DNA from: an uncultured Candidatus Saccharibacteria bacterium
Lineage (GTDB): Bacteria; Patescibacteriota; Doudnabacteria; UBA920
Direction of reading: 5' to 3'
Assembly (NCBI GenBank): GCA_964474825.1
Contig: CAYYWQ010000001.1
Span: forward strand, 1,189-65,188
DNA length: 64,000 bases
Part shown: piece by piece, positions 1-9,115 of the stretch
Position numbering within the stretch: the first letter of the stretch is position 1
Layout of the letters: every line of letters begins with the position of its first letter
Position numbers and translations under genes: made by a program
Notes under the pieces: model-generated
Databases searched by the model: none
Seen by the model: the letters and a program-made list of their open reading frames with translations, nothing else
Told to the model about the DNA's origin: nothing

Positions 1-35
1 TATAGTCTGCCCCATACGAAAGTATGGAATATGTA
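1..35 (+). mobile_element. 3' tail of a probable group I intron in 23S rRNA (near E. coli position 2500)
   Basis: TATAGTC (S/P7' element) then a P9-like hairpin CCATAC-GAAA-GTATGG directly before CGATGTCGGCTC, where the conserved GTTTGGCACCT would be expected; 3' splice site uncertain (33 or 35). Confidence 0.65.
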
Positions 36-498
<463 letters not shown>

Positions 499-651
499 CT
501 AATTTCTTTGACTAGCAATTTGTGACTCACAATAATCTTTTTTCAGCTTTGCTGAAAATATTATAGCGAGTCATCCCGACGAATGTCGGGATGAAGTTTA
601 TACAATGTTAAGTGCTCCCTTCTTTGTGCTTTATTTAATAAAGCGCGACGA

Positions 652-764
652 AGGGTGGCATTTCCAGCCGGGCTCGACCTGATCCCATCCCGAACTCAGA
701 AGTCAAAACGGCTTGGGCCAATGATAGTCCTACGCATGTAGGCGCAAAAGTAGGTGGCTGCCCC
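652..764 (+). rRNA. rrf: 5S rRNA
   Basis: ACCTGATCCCATCCCGAACTCAGAAGTCAAA core, GATAGT/AGTAGG loop E, ends GGGTGGC/GCTGCCC pair. Confidence 0.92.
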
Positions 765-770
765 ATTTAT

Positions 771-802
771 AAAAAACCTCTCTTAAAACGAGAGGTTTTT
801 TA
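771..802 (+). terminator. rRNA operon intrinsic terminator
   Basis: AAAAAACCTCTC-loop-GAGAGGTTTTTT. Confidence 0.8.
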
Positions 803-831
803 TTATTTTACTAATCGTATATAATACAGAA

Positions 832-1695
832 ATGGATAATATATCCCTAATTTTACCGGCGTTTTTACTAGGAGGCTTTTTAGAGGCTGCTATTTTGTTA
901 AGGCACAAAGTATCCTGGAAGCGGTTTTTTGCGCTAATAGTTTTAATAGCTGCCGGCAGCGGAATTTTGCAAATTATGGATTTTGCCAGACAAACGGCAA
1001 TTTCCAATATAGTGCTTTTTTATTTTATTTTTTTTGTAATTTCTTACGCGGTAATTTACCCTCAGCATATTCTTCCAAAAATAAGCCGGAGGACTCTTGC
1101 CGGCTTAACCGTGATTTTTTGGTATTTTTATTTAACTTCCGGGCTTACGGTTTTAAGCCAAAGCGGTTTAGTATTGTTCGGCGCTATAATTTTGTCTGTA
1201 ATGGTTTTTGTGGTAACGCTTTTTGCCTGGCCCATACATGAATTTTGGCGCCTGTTATGTTACCTCTGGTTTTTGTTAATGGTGGTTTATTTTAGCATTT
1301 ACCATTTAGTGCCCTCATATATTTTTTCTGTGTTACATCCGGGAGTCGAAAGTAGCAAATTTTTGGTTGCGGGGAATTTAATAGTCCTAGGAATGACTCT
1401 TTTTTATTTGGCAGTAAATATTTTAATGCTGCTGCAAGCACTGCCCTTAAGGTTTTTGGACAAGTCCAAAAGTACAGCTTACGCTTTATGGGAATGGAAA
1501 CAAGGACTTGCGACTTTTTACAGTAAATACCGGAATGATTCTCCACTTGTTTTTGCCGACACTTTAATTGTAGCCGCTGTGTTCTTGGCTGTTTTGCTGT
1601 TAAACCATAAGTTTGTCTTAATCCCTAAGCAGGTTTTAGCCGATATTCTAATTTTGTGGACCGGCTATTTTTTTGACCAAACACAGGCGGAATAG
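832..1695 (+). CDS. multi-pass membrane protein, unknown function
   Basis: 287-aa ORF with many hydrophobic segments. Confidence 0.75.
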   Translation: MDNISLILPAFLLGGFLEAAILLRHKVSWKRFFALIVLIAAGSGILQIMDFARQTAISNIVLFYFIFFVISYAVIYPQHILPKISRRTLAGLTVIFWYFYLTSGLTVLSQSGLVLFGAIILSVMVFVVTLFAWPIHEFWRLLCYLWFLLMVVYFSIYHLVPSYIFSVLHPGVESSKFLVAGNLIVLGMTLFYLAVNILMLLQALPLRFLDKSKSTAYALWEWKQGLATFYSKYRNDSPLVFADTLIVAAVFLAVLLLNHKFVLIPKQVLADILILWTGYFFDQTQAE

Positions 1696-1721
1696 TTTAG
1701 AATTTCTGCTATAATCAATCT

Positions 1722-2255
1722 ATGTTAATTTCTGCAATTTTAATTGGTTTGTTACTATTCGCTTGCCTTGTATTGTTTGTAATTTTTAGTGAGTTTGTGG
1801 CTTTTGTTAGAACTAGGGTTCCATTTGTACCGACTTACACGAGTGATATTGAGTTTATTGTAAAAAAGCTTAATATAAAACCTAACGATGTTTTTTATGA
1901 TCTTGGCAGCGGTAATGGTAAGGTAGTGTTTTTAGTAGAGGAACTTTCCGGCGCAAAAGTTAAAGGCTTTGAACTTTCCTGGTGGACAATAATATTTTCC
2001 AAAATAAAAGCCAAGCTTAAAGGCTCTAAAGCAGTGTTTGTAAACAAGAATTTTTTTAAACAAGACTGGTCAGAGGCTAATTATATTTATGGCTACCTTT
2101 ACCCGCCCCTTATGGGCAGGGTAAAAGAAAAGTTCTTCGCAGAATGCAAACCCGGCAGCATAGCCATAATCCGCGACTTTCCTTTTCCAGACCTTAAAGC
2201 AGACGAGGTATGCTATATGCCAAAGAAGCACGAGATTTATATTTATAAAAAATAA
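1722..2255 (+). CDS. membrane-anchored class I SAM-dependent methyltransferase
   Basis: N-terminal TM, VPFVPT and FYDLGSGNG motif I. Confidence 0.85.
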   Translation: MLISAILIGLLLFACLVLFVIFSEFVAFVRTRVPFVPTYTSDIEFIVKKLNIKPNDVFYDLGSGNGKVVFLVEELSGAKVKGFELSWWTIIFSKIKAKLKGSKAVFVNKNFFKQDWSEANYIYGYLYPPLMGRVKEKFFAECKPGSIAIIRDFPFPDLKADEVCYMPKKHEIYIYKK

Positions 2256-2256
2256 T

Positions 2257-2652
2257 ATGAAAAAAATATTAGTTATCATAACATTCATTCTGGTCCTGTC
2301 CGCTTTAGGTTTTGTATTTTACAACAAAAGCCATCAAGCGACCCCCGGCGACTTAAAGGCAGCACATCAGAAACTGCTAAATAATTTTGTTGATTGTGCC
2401 AAACAAGGCGACGCTCAATGTGCTTGTAAGTTTATAACTAAGTCCAGTTGCGATTTATTTAGTTCCTCCACAGAGGGGTTAAAAAGCATCGGGGCAGCTT
2501 TCAACAAGAATTCAAGTACTGAATTACTTGGTGAAGTGGCAGATACTCCAGGGTCAATTCCTGACATCAGTTATAATATTAAAGCAGGTCTATATACTAA
2601 GGCTATTTTTATAAATGAAGAAGGGGTTTGGAAATTGCATACTTTAGATTAA
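2257..2652 (+). CDS. exported/membrane-anchored hypothetical protein
   Basis: MKK + hydrophobic N-terminus, C-terminal WKL. Confidence 0.7.
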   Translation: MKKILVIITFILVLSALGFVFYNKSHQATPGDLKAAHQKLLNNFVDCAKQGDAQCACKFITKSSCDLFSSSTEGLKSIGAAFNKNSSTELLGEVADTPGSIPDISYNIKAGLYTKAIFINEEGVWKLHTLD

Positions 2653-2750
2653 TTACAATAAAATTGTAGAAAGATTTTGTTATGTATTTTATAAAAATAG
2701 CCTTTAATTAAAGGCTATTTTTGTTTATCCACAAAAGTGTAGAAAAATAG

Positions 2751-2779
2751 TTGACAGGCTAATATCAAAAGAGTATTAT
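2751..2779 (+). promoter_or_regulatory. sigma70 promoter, probably giving a leaderless mRNA
   Basis: TTGACA-17bp-TATTAT ending 7 nt before the ATG at 2787. Confidence 0.7.
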
Positions 2780-2786
2780 AGATTAT

Positions 2787-3539
2787 ATGCAAATTGAAGT
2801 TATTTTAAAGAATTTTGGTCTTTCGGAAAAGGAAATTGCCGTTTATTTGGCTTTAATTAGCCTTGGGCCTTCTTCGGTGCGCGATGTTTCCGCCAAGTCC
2901 AAGGTTAACCGCGGGACGAGTTACGATATTTTAAAGTCCTTAATTGCTTTGGGGATTGTTTCTTACTATAATAAAGAATCTAAGCAGTATTTTATGGCAG
3001 AGGCGCCGGAGAAACTGCTTTCGGCCATTGACCAGAAAAAAGAAGATTTAGACGAGGTCCGGGGGAATGTGGAGCAGAGCCTGCCGCTGCTTAAAACTTT
3101 GTTTGAAAAGCAGGGCGGCAAGCCCGTTGTTAAGTTTTATGAAGGCAGTAAAGGCGTAAGGCAAATATTTGAGGACGTGCTAGACGAAGTTGCTACATCA
3201 GTCGATAAGTCTTATTACCTCTACTCTTCTGCAACTGCCGAGCACAGAAAAAATGTTTACGACAGCATGCCGGATTTCAGTAAGCGGAGAATTGCTAAAA
3301 AGATATCAGTCAAAATTATTTCTCTAGGAGAAGGCGGAAAATTAGCAGGAATGGATGAACGAAAGCAAATGCCGGTTTCAAGCAAAGATTTAAAAGCCAC
3401 CCACGAAATAATTTACGCCGGCAAAGTCGCGCACATAAGCATAGACAGCAACGACCAACCCGTAGGCGTAATTATTCAGAACCAGGAAGTTTACAACATG
3501 CAGAAAATGATTTTTGAATTTAATTGGAATAAATTATAG
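2787..3539 (+). CDS. TrmB-family transcriptional regulator
   Basis: FGLSEKEIAVYLAL...RGTSYDILKSL wHTH and VKFYEGSKG linker. Confidence 0.9.
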   Translation: MQIEVILKNFGLSEKEIAVYLALISLGPSSVRDVSAKSKVNRGTSYDILKSLIALGIVSYYNKESKQYFMAEAPEKLLSAIDQKKEDLDEVRGNVEQSLPLLKTLFEKQGGKPVVKFYEGSKGVRQIFEDVLDEVATSVDKSYYLYSSATAEHRKNVYDSMPDFSKRRIAKKISVKIISLGEGGKLAGMDERKQMPVSSKDLKATHEIIYAGKVAHISIDSNDQPVGVIIQNQEVYNMQKMIFEFNWNKL

Positions 3540-3645
3540 TGAATAGAGAATAGTGCTTAGAGAATAGGATAAAACACTTATTCATTAAGCGCTTGCATTG
3601 TCTTCTCCTATTCTCTACTCGCTAAGCACTAATCGCTAACTCATA
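3537..3645. repeat. TAG-N4 / N4-CTA heptamer inverted-repeat spacer
   Basis: TAGTGAA TAGAGAA TAGTGCT TAGAGAA TAGGA ... TCCTA TTCTCTA CTCGCTA AGCACTA ATCGCTA. Confidence 0.85.
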
Positions 3646-5465
3646 TGTGCGGAATTGTTGGATACATTGGAAATAAACAAGCTTTGCCGGTCCTGCTTCA
3701 GGGACTGCGGGATTTAGAATATAGAGGCTACGACAGCGCAGGCGTGGCGGTTTTGGACAATGGAGTTATAGACCGCTTACGTGAAGTGGGTAAGGTGGAC
3801 ATGCTTGTAAAAAAGATAGACGGCAAAAAAATGGACGGCAATGTTGGTATTGCTCATACCCGCTGGGCCACACACGGAGGAGTTACGGAGAGTAACGCGC
3901 ATCCGCATATTGTTGGCAAAGGTAAATTAGCCTTGGTGCATAATGGAATAATAGAAAACTACAGGGAACTAAAGAAAGAGTTAGCGCATCACGACTTTAA
4001 ATCTGAAACCGACAGCGAGGTTTTGGCAGCGCTCATAAACGAAAATTACGACGGGGATTTAACACAAGCTGTAAAAAAATCTTTACTAAAAGTTCGCGGC
4101 ACTTATGGTATTGCTGTTATGCATGCGGAGCATCCGGACATTTTAGTTTTGGCCCGTTTAGGCAGCCCTTTGGCAATAGGCATAGGCGAAGGCGAATACT
4201 ATATTGCTTCGGACGTAACACCAATGCTTCCTTACACTAAGCAGGTGTCTTTCTTAGACGATGGCGAAGTTGCCACAGTAAGCCGTGAGGGCCTTAAAAT
4301 TATAAACTTAAAAGATGAAGTTGTAACTAAAAATATTACGCAAATAGATTGGAACCAGGAAACCGCGCAAAAGGGCGGGTATGAGCATTTTATGCTTAAG
4401 GAAATTTTTGACCAGCCCACTGTTTTTGAAGACGCTATTCGTGGAAGACTTGACATGGACGAAGGCACGGCTCGTTTAGGCGGGCTGAATATGACTTTGG
4501 AACAGATGCGCGATATTAAGCGCGTGATGATTATCGCGGAAGGCACAGCCAGGCATGCCGGACTTATTGCCAAATACGCTTTTGAGCGTTTAGCTAACTT
4601 GCCTACCGAAGTAGATTATTCTTCTGAATTCCGTTACCGGGACCCCATAGTAAATAAATCCACTTTAGTTTTTGTAATTTCGCAGTCAGGTGAAACAGCC
4701 GACACTTTAATGGCTGCCAGGGAAGCAAAAAGAAAAGGCGCCATTGTTCGCGGCATTGTAAATGTAGTTGGCTCTACTATTGCCAGGGAAACCAAAGCCG
4801 GTACATATATTCACGCAGGTCCCGAATTGGCCGTTGCTTCCACTAAAGCTTTTACCAATATGGTTGCCGTACTTATGCTTTATGCATTGCAGTTTGGGCG
4901 TTTAAAGCACACATCTTTAGCCACGGGCCAAAGAATGCTCCAGGCGCTTTTAGAAATTCCTGAAAAAATGAATGAAGTGTTAAAACAGGCAGACACAATA
5001 AAAAAGATTGCGGACGAATATTCAAAATACCAAAACATTTTGTTCATGGGCCGCGGAGTAAATTTCCCTGTGGCTTTGGAAGGCGCGCTTAAACTTAAAG
5101 AAATTTCCTACATTCATGCCGAAGGTTATGCCGGCGGCGAAATGAAGCACGGGCCTTTAGCTTTGGTAAGTAAAGACGTGCCAATTGTGGCAATTTTAAG
5201 TAAAGACCAACTTTACGAAAAAATGAAAAGCAGCATCCAAGAAGTCCGTGCCCGCGGCGCCCGTACTCTAATAATCGCCACAGTCGGCGACGAAGAAGCC
5301 AAAGAAGTGGCAGACGAAATTATTTATGTCCCTGACACCATGGAACTGCTTGAGCCGCTGTTGAACACAATTCCCTTACAGCTATTTGCCTACCATATTG
5401 CGGTTGCGTTAGGACGAGATGTAGACAGGCCTAGGAACTTAGCTAAAAGTGTAACAGTGGAATAA
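3645..5465 (+). CDS. glmS: glutamine--fructose-6-phosphate aminotransferase
   Basis: MCGIVG N-terminus, HTRWATHG, C-terminal PRNLAKSVTVE. Confidence 0.98.
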   Translation: MCGIVGYIGNKQALPVLLQGLRDLEYRGYDSAGVAVLDNGVIDRLREVGKVDMLVKKIDGKKMDGNVGIAHTRWATHGGVTESNAHPHIVGKGKLALVHNGIIENYRELKKELAHHDFKSETDSEVLAALINENYDGDLTQAVKKSLLKVRGTYGIAVMHAEHPDILVLARLGSPLAIGIGEGEYYIASDVTPMLPYTKQVSFLDDGEVATVSREGLKIINLKDEVVTKNITQIDWNQETAQKGGYEHFMLKEIFDQPTVFEDAIRGRLDMDEGTARLGGLNMTLEQMRDIKRVMIIAEGTARHAGLIAKYAFERLANLPTEVDYSSEFRYRDPIVNKSTLVFVISQSGETADTLMAAREAKRKGAIVRGIVNVVGSTIARETKAGTYIHAGPELAVASTKAFTNMVAVLMLYALQFGRLKHTSLATGQRMLQALLEIPEKMNEVLKQADTIKKIADEYSKYQNILFMGRGVNFPVALEGALKLKEISYIHAEGYAGGEMKHGPLALVSKDVPIVAILSKDQLYEKMKSSIQEVRARGARTLIIATVGDEEAKEVADEIIYVPDTMELLEPLLNTIPLQLFAYHIAVALGRDVDRPRNLAKSVTVE

Positions 5466-5478
5466 TAGAATTAAGTAT

Positions 5479-5500
5479 GTAGCGTGCCGATTTATCGGCG
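5479..5500 (+). repeat. single GTAG-type REP-like palindrome
   Basis: GTAG-CGT-GCCGAT-TT-ATCGGC; only one copy seen. Confidence 0.4.
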
Positions 5501-5540
5501 AAGTATATTTTAAATTAAAAATTAATCTCTAATAAATTTT

Positions 5541-5810
5541 ATGACTTTCAATAGAGAAAAAGAGCAATTTGAGCAAGAGCCCAAAATTGAAACAGTTGAA
5601 ATTTTAAACCAGAGAATGGAGGGCGAATATCCTATAGTGATGGCTAAGGTATCGGGTCCTGGTTTGGGATTAGAAGGGACGACTGTGACAGTTAAAATGG
5701 GTGGAGATTCGAATCAATTTATCCCAAGAGCTCCCACTTTTATAATTGGTTATGAACAAGAAGTTGTAGACGCCATTAAAGCCAAGCTCTCCGAACAAGG
5801 TGGACATTAA
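5541..5810 (+). CDS. hypothetical protein
   Basis: 89-aa ORF inside the operon, acidic N-terminus. Confidence 0.65.
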   Translation: MTFNREKEQFEQEPKIETVEILNQRMEGEYPIVMAKVSGPGLGLEGTTVTVKMGGDSNQFIPRAPTFIIGYEQEVVDAIKAKLSEQGGH

Positions 5811-5815
5811 AATTT

Positions 5816-6967
5816 ATGAGAGCATTAATTTTTGACAAATCAAAAACAGAATGGGAAAGCTCGCGCGGGTTTGAGCTCGTAGATGTGGCCGAGCCGGTTT
5901 TGGGGGTGGGTGATGAAGACAAGATTATTTTAAAAGTCCATTATGCCGGAGTGTGCGGCACGGACAAAGGTATTTGGAATAGGCAGGCTTTTAGGGACCA
6001 GATTTTGTCTACTATAGACGAGCAAATAAAGAGCAAGGGTAATCCTTATAGGGTTATTGGCCATGAATTTTTTGGCGAGGTAATAAAAATAGGTTCGGCT
6101 GTAAAGAATGTTAGCGTTGGAGATTTCGTTGCTTGTGAATCCCACGTGGTTTGCAACAAATGCGTTCAGTGTTTAAACGGGCAAAAAGAAGTTTGCACTA
6201 ACGAAAAAATTCTTGGCATAAGTGTTGAAGGCGGGTTTGCGGAATATGCCAAGGTGCCGGCGCAGGTGGCTTGGAAAACAGACACAGGAAAAATAAGGCC
6301 GGAAGTTGCGGCCATGCAGGAACCTTTTGGCAACGCAGTGCACGCGGCCAGCAAAGTAGATTTAAAAGGAAAATCTGTTGCCATTTTTGGTTTAGGTCCC
6401 ATTGGAATGTTTTTGGCTATTGTAGCTAAAGGTATGGGCGCTTCTACTGTAGTTGGTATTGAGCCAAACCCGGTTGCTGAGCATATGGCAAAAAAATTGG
6501 GTGTAGACTACGTTATTCCATTAGGAAAATCAGCCAAAGCTGAACCATACGCGCGCGATGCGGAAGTCATAAAGGAACTTATGGATATTAGCAAGGGCGT
6601 GGGGTTTGACGTAAGTTTTGAAATGGCTGGGTTTAACAGTTCGCTAAATAATTCCATAGCTTCTGTGCGCAGAGGCGGGGACGTAATACTTTTTGGTTTA
6701 AAAAACGGTCATTTTACAATTGACCAGGACTATAACACTTTGGTAATGAAAGGTCTAACCCTACACTGTGTTGCCGGCCGCCAGCTGTGGCAGACTTGGG
6801 AGAAAACCAAAGCGCTTATGGAAGAAGCCAGTAACGGCGTGCAGGAAAAACTTTTTAACGTAATCCTAGACCAAGGCCACGGGACAATTTTGCCCATACA
6901 GGAGTATACTAAAGAAAAGTTTGAGGAAATGATGTCTGAGCACCCTAAATTTTTAATTCAGTTTTAA
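5816..6967 (+). CDS. tdh: L-threonine 3-dehydrogenase (Zn-dependent)
   Basis: GVCGTD, GHEFFG, CESHVVCNKCVQC, GLGPIG; linked to kbl. Confidence 0.85.
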   Translation: MRALIFDKSKTEWESSRGFELVDVAEPVLGVGDEDKIILKVHYAGVCGTDKGIWNRQAFRDQILSTIDEQIKSKGNPYRVIGHEFFGEVIKIGSAVKNVSVGDFVACESHVVCNKCVQCLNGQKEVCTNEKILGISVEGGFAEYAKVPAQVAWKTDTGKIRPEVAAMQEPFGNAVHAASKVDLKGKSVAIFGLGPIGMFLAIVAKGMGASTVVGIEPNPVAEHMAKKLGVDYVIPLGKSAKAEPYARDAEVIKELMDISKGVGFDVSFEMAGFNSSLNNSIASVRRGGDVILFGLKNGHFTIDQDYNTLVMKGLTLHCVAGRQLWQTWEKTKALMEEASNGVQEKLFNVILDQGHGTILPIQEYTKEKFEEMMSEHPKFLIQF

Positions 6968-6969
6968 AT

Positions 6970-7800
6970 ATGAATGAAAGCGCGTCTGAATATAAAAATA
7001 ATATTGAACAGCCTAAATCCTTGTTTGTGTATGTGGTAAGGCATGGCAAGACGGATTATATAGAAAGGGGTCATGTCCAAGAAACCGGCAAGTGGAATGA
7101 CGAATTGGACGATTTAACTCCAGAAGGGAAAGAGGGCTTGCTCAAGACGGCGCTTAGAATAAGGGAGGATTTGGACCCCACAAAACACATTATTATTTTT
7201 TTAAGCAGTCCTCGCGCCAGGGCACTTAGGAGCATGGATCAAATTGCCGATTATTTAAAACAGGAAGGTTTTGAAATCGGGCAGCAAAACACAGTCGAGT
7301 CTTTACGTAGCGGTGGAGATAAGGCCCCTTTAGTGGGGAAAAATAAGGAGCTGGTTTTTCCGGAAAATACTACCAGCGAAGGCTATGATATTTCTACAGA
7401 AGACGGAATGGAATCTACAGGTGTAAGATTTAGGCAAATTTTAAGCTATTTTAGTTCAGTGGACAAAGAGCTGTTATGGAAGAAAATTAAATCACCAGAG
7501 GAAAATTCTTTTCACGGAAAAATACCGGTTTTTATTACAGTCACTCACGGCGAAGTAATGCATGCCGGCAACTATACAGATGAAGAATATGGAAAATCTT
7601 TTATTGGAAATTTATACAAAGGGCATAATGAGAGGGTAAAATTAAAGAGAGGCAAGCTTCTAAAATTAGAATTTGATTTAGAGCACCCGGGACAAGCTAA
7701 GGCCTACATAAGACGCGCCATGAGTCCTAAGGGAGAGAAAGAAGTTATCGATTTTTCCATTAACCAAAATAATGGTTCCGTTGAAAGATTAAAAAAATAA
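6970..7800 (+). CDS. histidine phosphatase family protein
   Basis: VVRHG, SSPRARA, THGE motifs. Confidence 0.8.
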   Translation: MNESASEYKNNIEQPKSLFVYVVRHGKTDYIERGHVQETGKWNDELDDLTPEGKEGLLKTALRIREDLDPTKHIIIFLSSPRARALRSMDQIADYLKQEGFEIGQQNTVESLRSGGDKAPLVGKNKELVFPENTTSEGYDISTEDGMESTGVRFRQILSYFSSVDKELLWKKIKSPEENSFHGKIPVFITVTHGEVMHAGNYTDEEYGKSFIGNLYKGHNERVKLKRGKLLKLEFDLEHPGQAKAYIRRAMSPKGEKEVIDFSINQNNGSVERLKK

Positions 7801-7807
7801 TAAATAT

Positions 7808-9040
7808 ATGTACACAAGCTACAAACAACAATTTGAACAGGAACTTAAGGAAATAAAAGATTCCGGAATGTGGAAAGACGTGGGGGTTTTGGAAGGTAAG
7901 CAGGGGACAGAGGTAAAAATGGGTGGGAAAACCTTGCTTAACTTTTGTGCCAATAATTATCTCGGCCTTGCTTCATCAGATGAATTGGCAAAAGCAGCCA
8001 AAGATGGTGTTGACAAATATGGTTTTGGTGAGGCAAGTGTTCGTTTTATTGTGGGAACTTCAACTATTCACAAAGATTTAGAAAAAGAAATAAGTAAATT
8101 TTTTGGCACAGAAGATTGTATAACTTATACTTCCTGCTTTGATGCTAACACAGGACTTTTTGAAACTATTCTGCAAGCAGGGGATGCAATTTTTTCAGAT
8201 GAGCTAAATCATGCATCTATAATAGACGGCGTAAGACTCTGTAAAGCCGAACGCTTTAGGTTTAAAAATTCCGACATGGCAGACTTAGAAGCACAGCTTA
8301 AAGAGGCATCATCGCGGCCAGAGAAACCAGAGAATCCCGCGGCGGATGTAAAATACAAACCGCGAAGAATGCTTATTGCTACAGATGGCGTGTTTAGTAT
8401 GGACGGTATAACTGGTAAAATTAAGGAGATTTGCGATTTAGCCGACAAGTATGGCGCTTTGGTTATGGTGGACGACAGTCACGCATCAGGTGTACTTGGA
8501 GAACATGGCAGAGGGAGTGTAGAAGGACTTATGGACCGGGTAGATATTTTAACTTCCACTTTTGGTAAGGCTTTAGGCGGTGCAGGTGGTGGGTTTACTG
8601 CCGGACGAAAAGAAATTATAGACGTGCTTCACCAGCGAAGCCGTACAACACTTTTTAGTAATTCTCTTCCGCCAATGATAGCCTCAGCAGCATTGTATGT
8701 TTTGCAGAATTACGACAGCAAGTTTGACGGATATCGTAAGCAACTTATCGACAACACTGCCTACTTCCGTTCTGCTATGGAAAAATTAGGCTTTAAGTTA
8801 GGCGGCGACGGCAAGCACCCCATAACTCCAGTAATGCTCATGGAAGAAAAACTTGCCCAAGAAATGGCCAAAGCCCTGTTTGAAAAAGGCATTTACGTCC
8901 GTGGCTTCACATATCCGGTCGTCCCCAAAGGCAAAGCTCGTATTCGTGTGCAAATTTCTGCGGCGCACACCAAAGAACAAATGGACAAAGCAGTTAAAGC
9001 GTTTGAAGAAGTAGGTAAGGAAATGAAAATAATTAATTAG
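7808..9040 (+). CDS. kbl: glycine C-acetyltransferase (2-amino-3-ketobutyrate CoA ligase)
   Basis: NFCANNYLGL, TDGVFSMDG, TFGKALGG, YPVVPKGKARIRVQ. Confidence 0.95.
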   Translation: MYTSYKQQFEQELKEIKDSGMWKDVGVLEGKQGTEVKMGGKTLLNFCANNYLGLASSDELAKAAKDGVDKYGFGEASVRFIVGTSTIHKDLEKEISKFFGTEDCITYTSCFDANTGLFETILQAGDAIFSDELNHASIIDGVRLCKAERFRFKNSDMADLEAQLKEASSRPEKPENPAADVKYKPRRMLIATDGVFSMDGITGKIKEICDLADKYGALVMVDDSHASGVLGEHGRGSVEGLMDRVDILTSTFGKALGGAGGGFTAGRKEIIDVLHQRSRTTLFSNSLPPMIASAALYVLQNYDSKFDGYRKQLIDNTAYFRSAMEKLGFKLGGDGKHPITPVMLMEEKLAQEMAKALFEKGIYVRGFTYPVVPKGKARIRVQISAAHTKEQMDKAVKAFEEVGKEMKIIN

Positions 9041-9111
9041 CCAGTAGGAGGTAGCGAGTAGCTTGTAGGAAACTGCATTGCTACAAACTACCGGCTACTA
9101 GCTACATGCTA
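9038..9111. repeat. TAG-N4 / N4-CTA heptamer inverted-repeat spacer
   Basis: TAGCCAG TAGGAGG TAGCGAG TAGCTTG TAGG ... CTA CAAACTA CCGGCTA CTAGCTA CATGCTA. Confidence 0.85.
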
Positions 9112-9115
9112 AATT

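Noticed and set aside
2725-2733. DnaA box TTATCCACA (another near 34288) as replication origin
   Set aside because: Isolated single boxes with no cluster and no dnaA nearby
3540-3644. glmS ribozyme upstream of glmS
   Set aside because: No AGCGCC...GACGAGG core; the spacer is explained by heptamer repeats
4232-4573. Numerous antisense ORFs in the track (this one as example)
   Set aside because: Shadows of well-supported genes on the opposite strand with no motifs of their own
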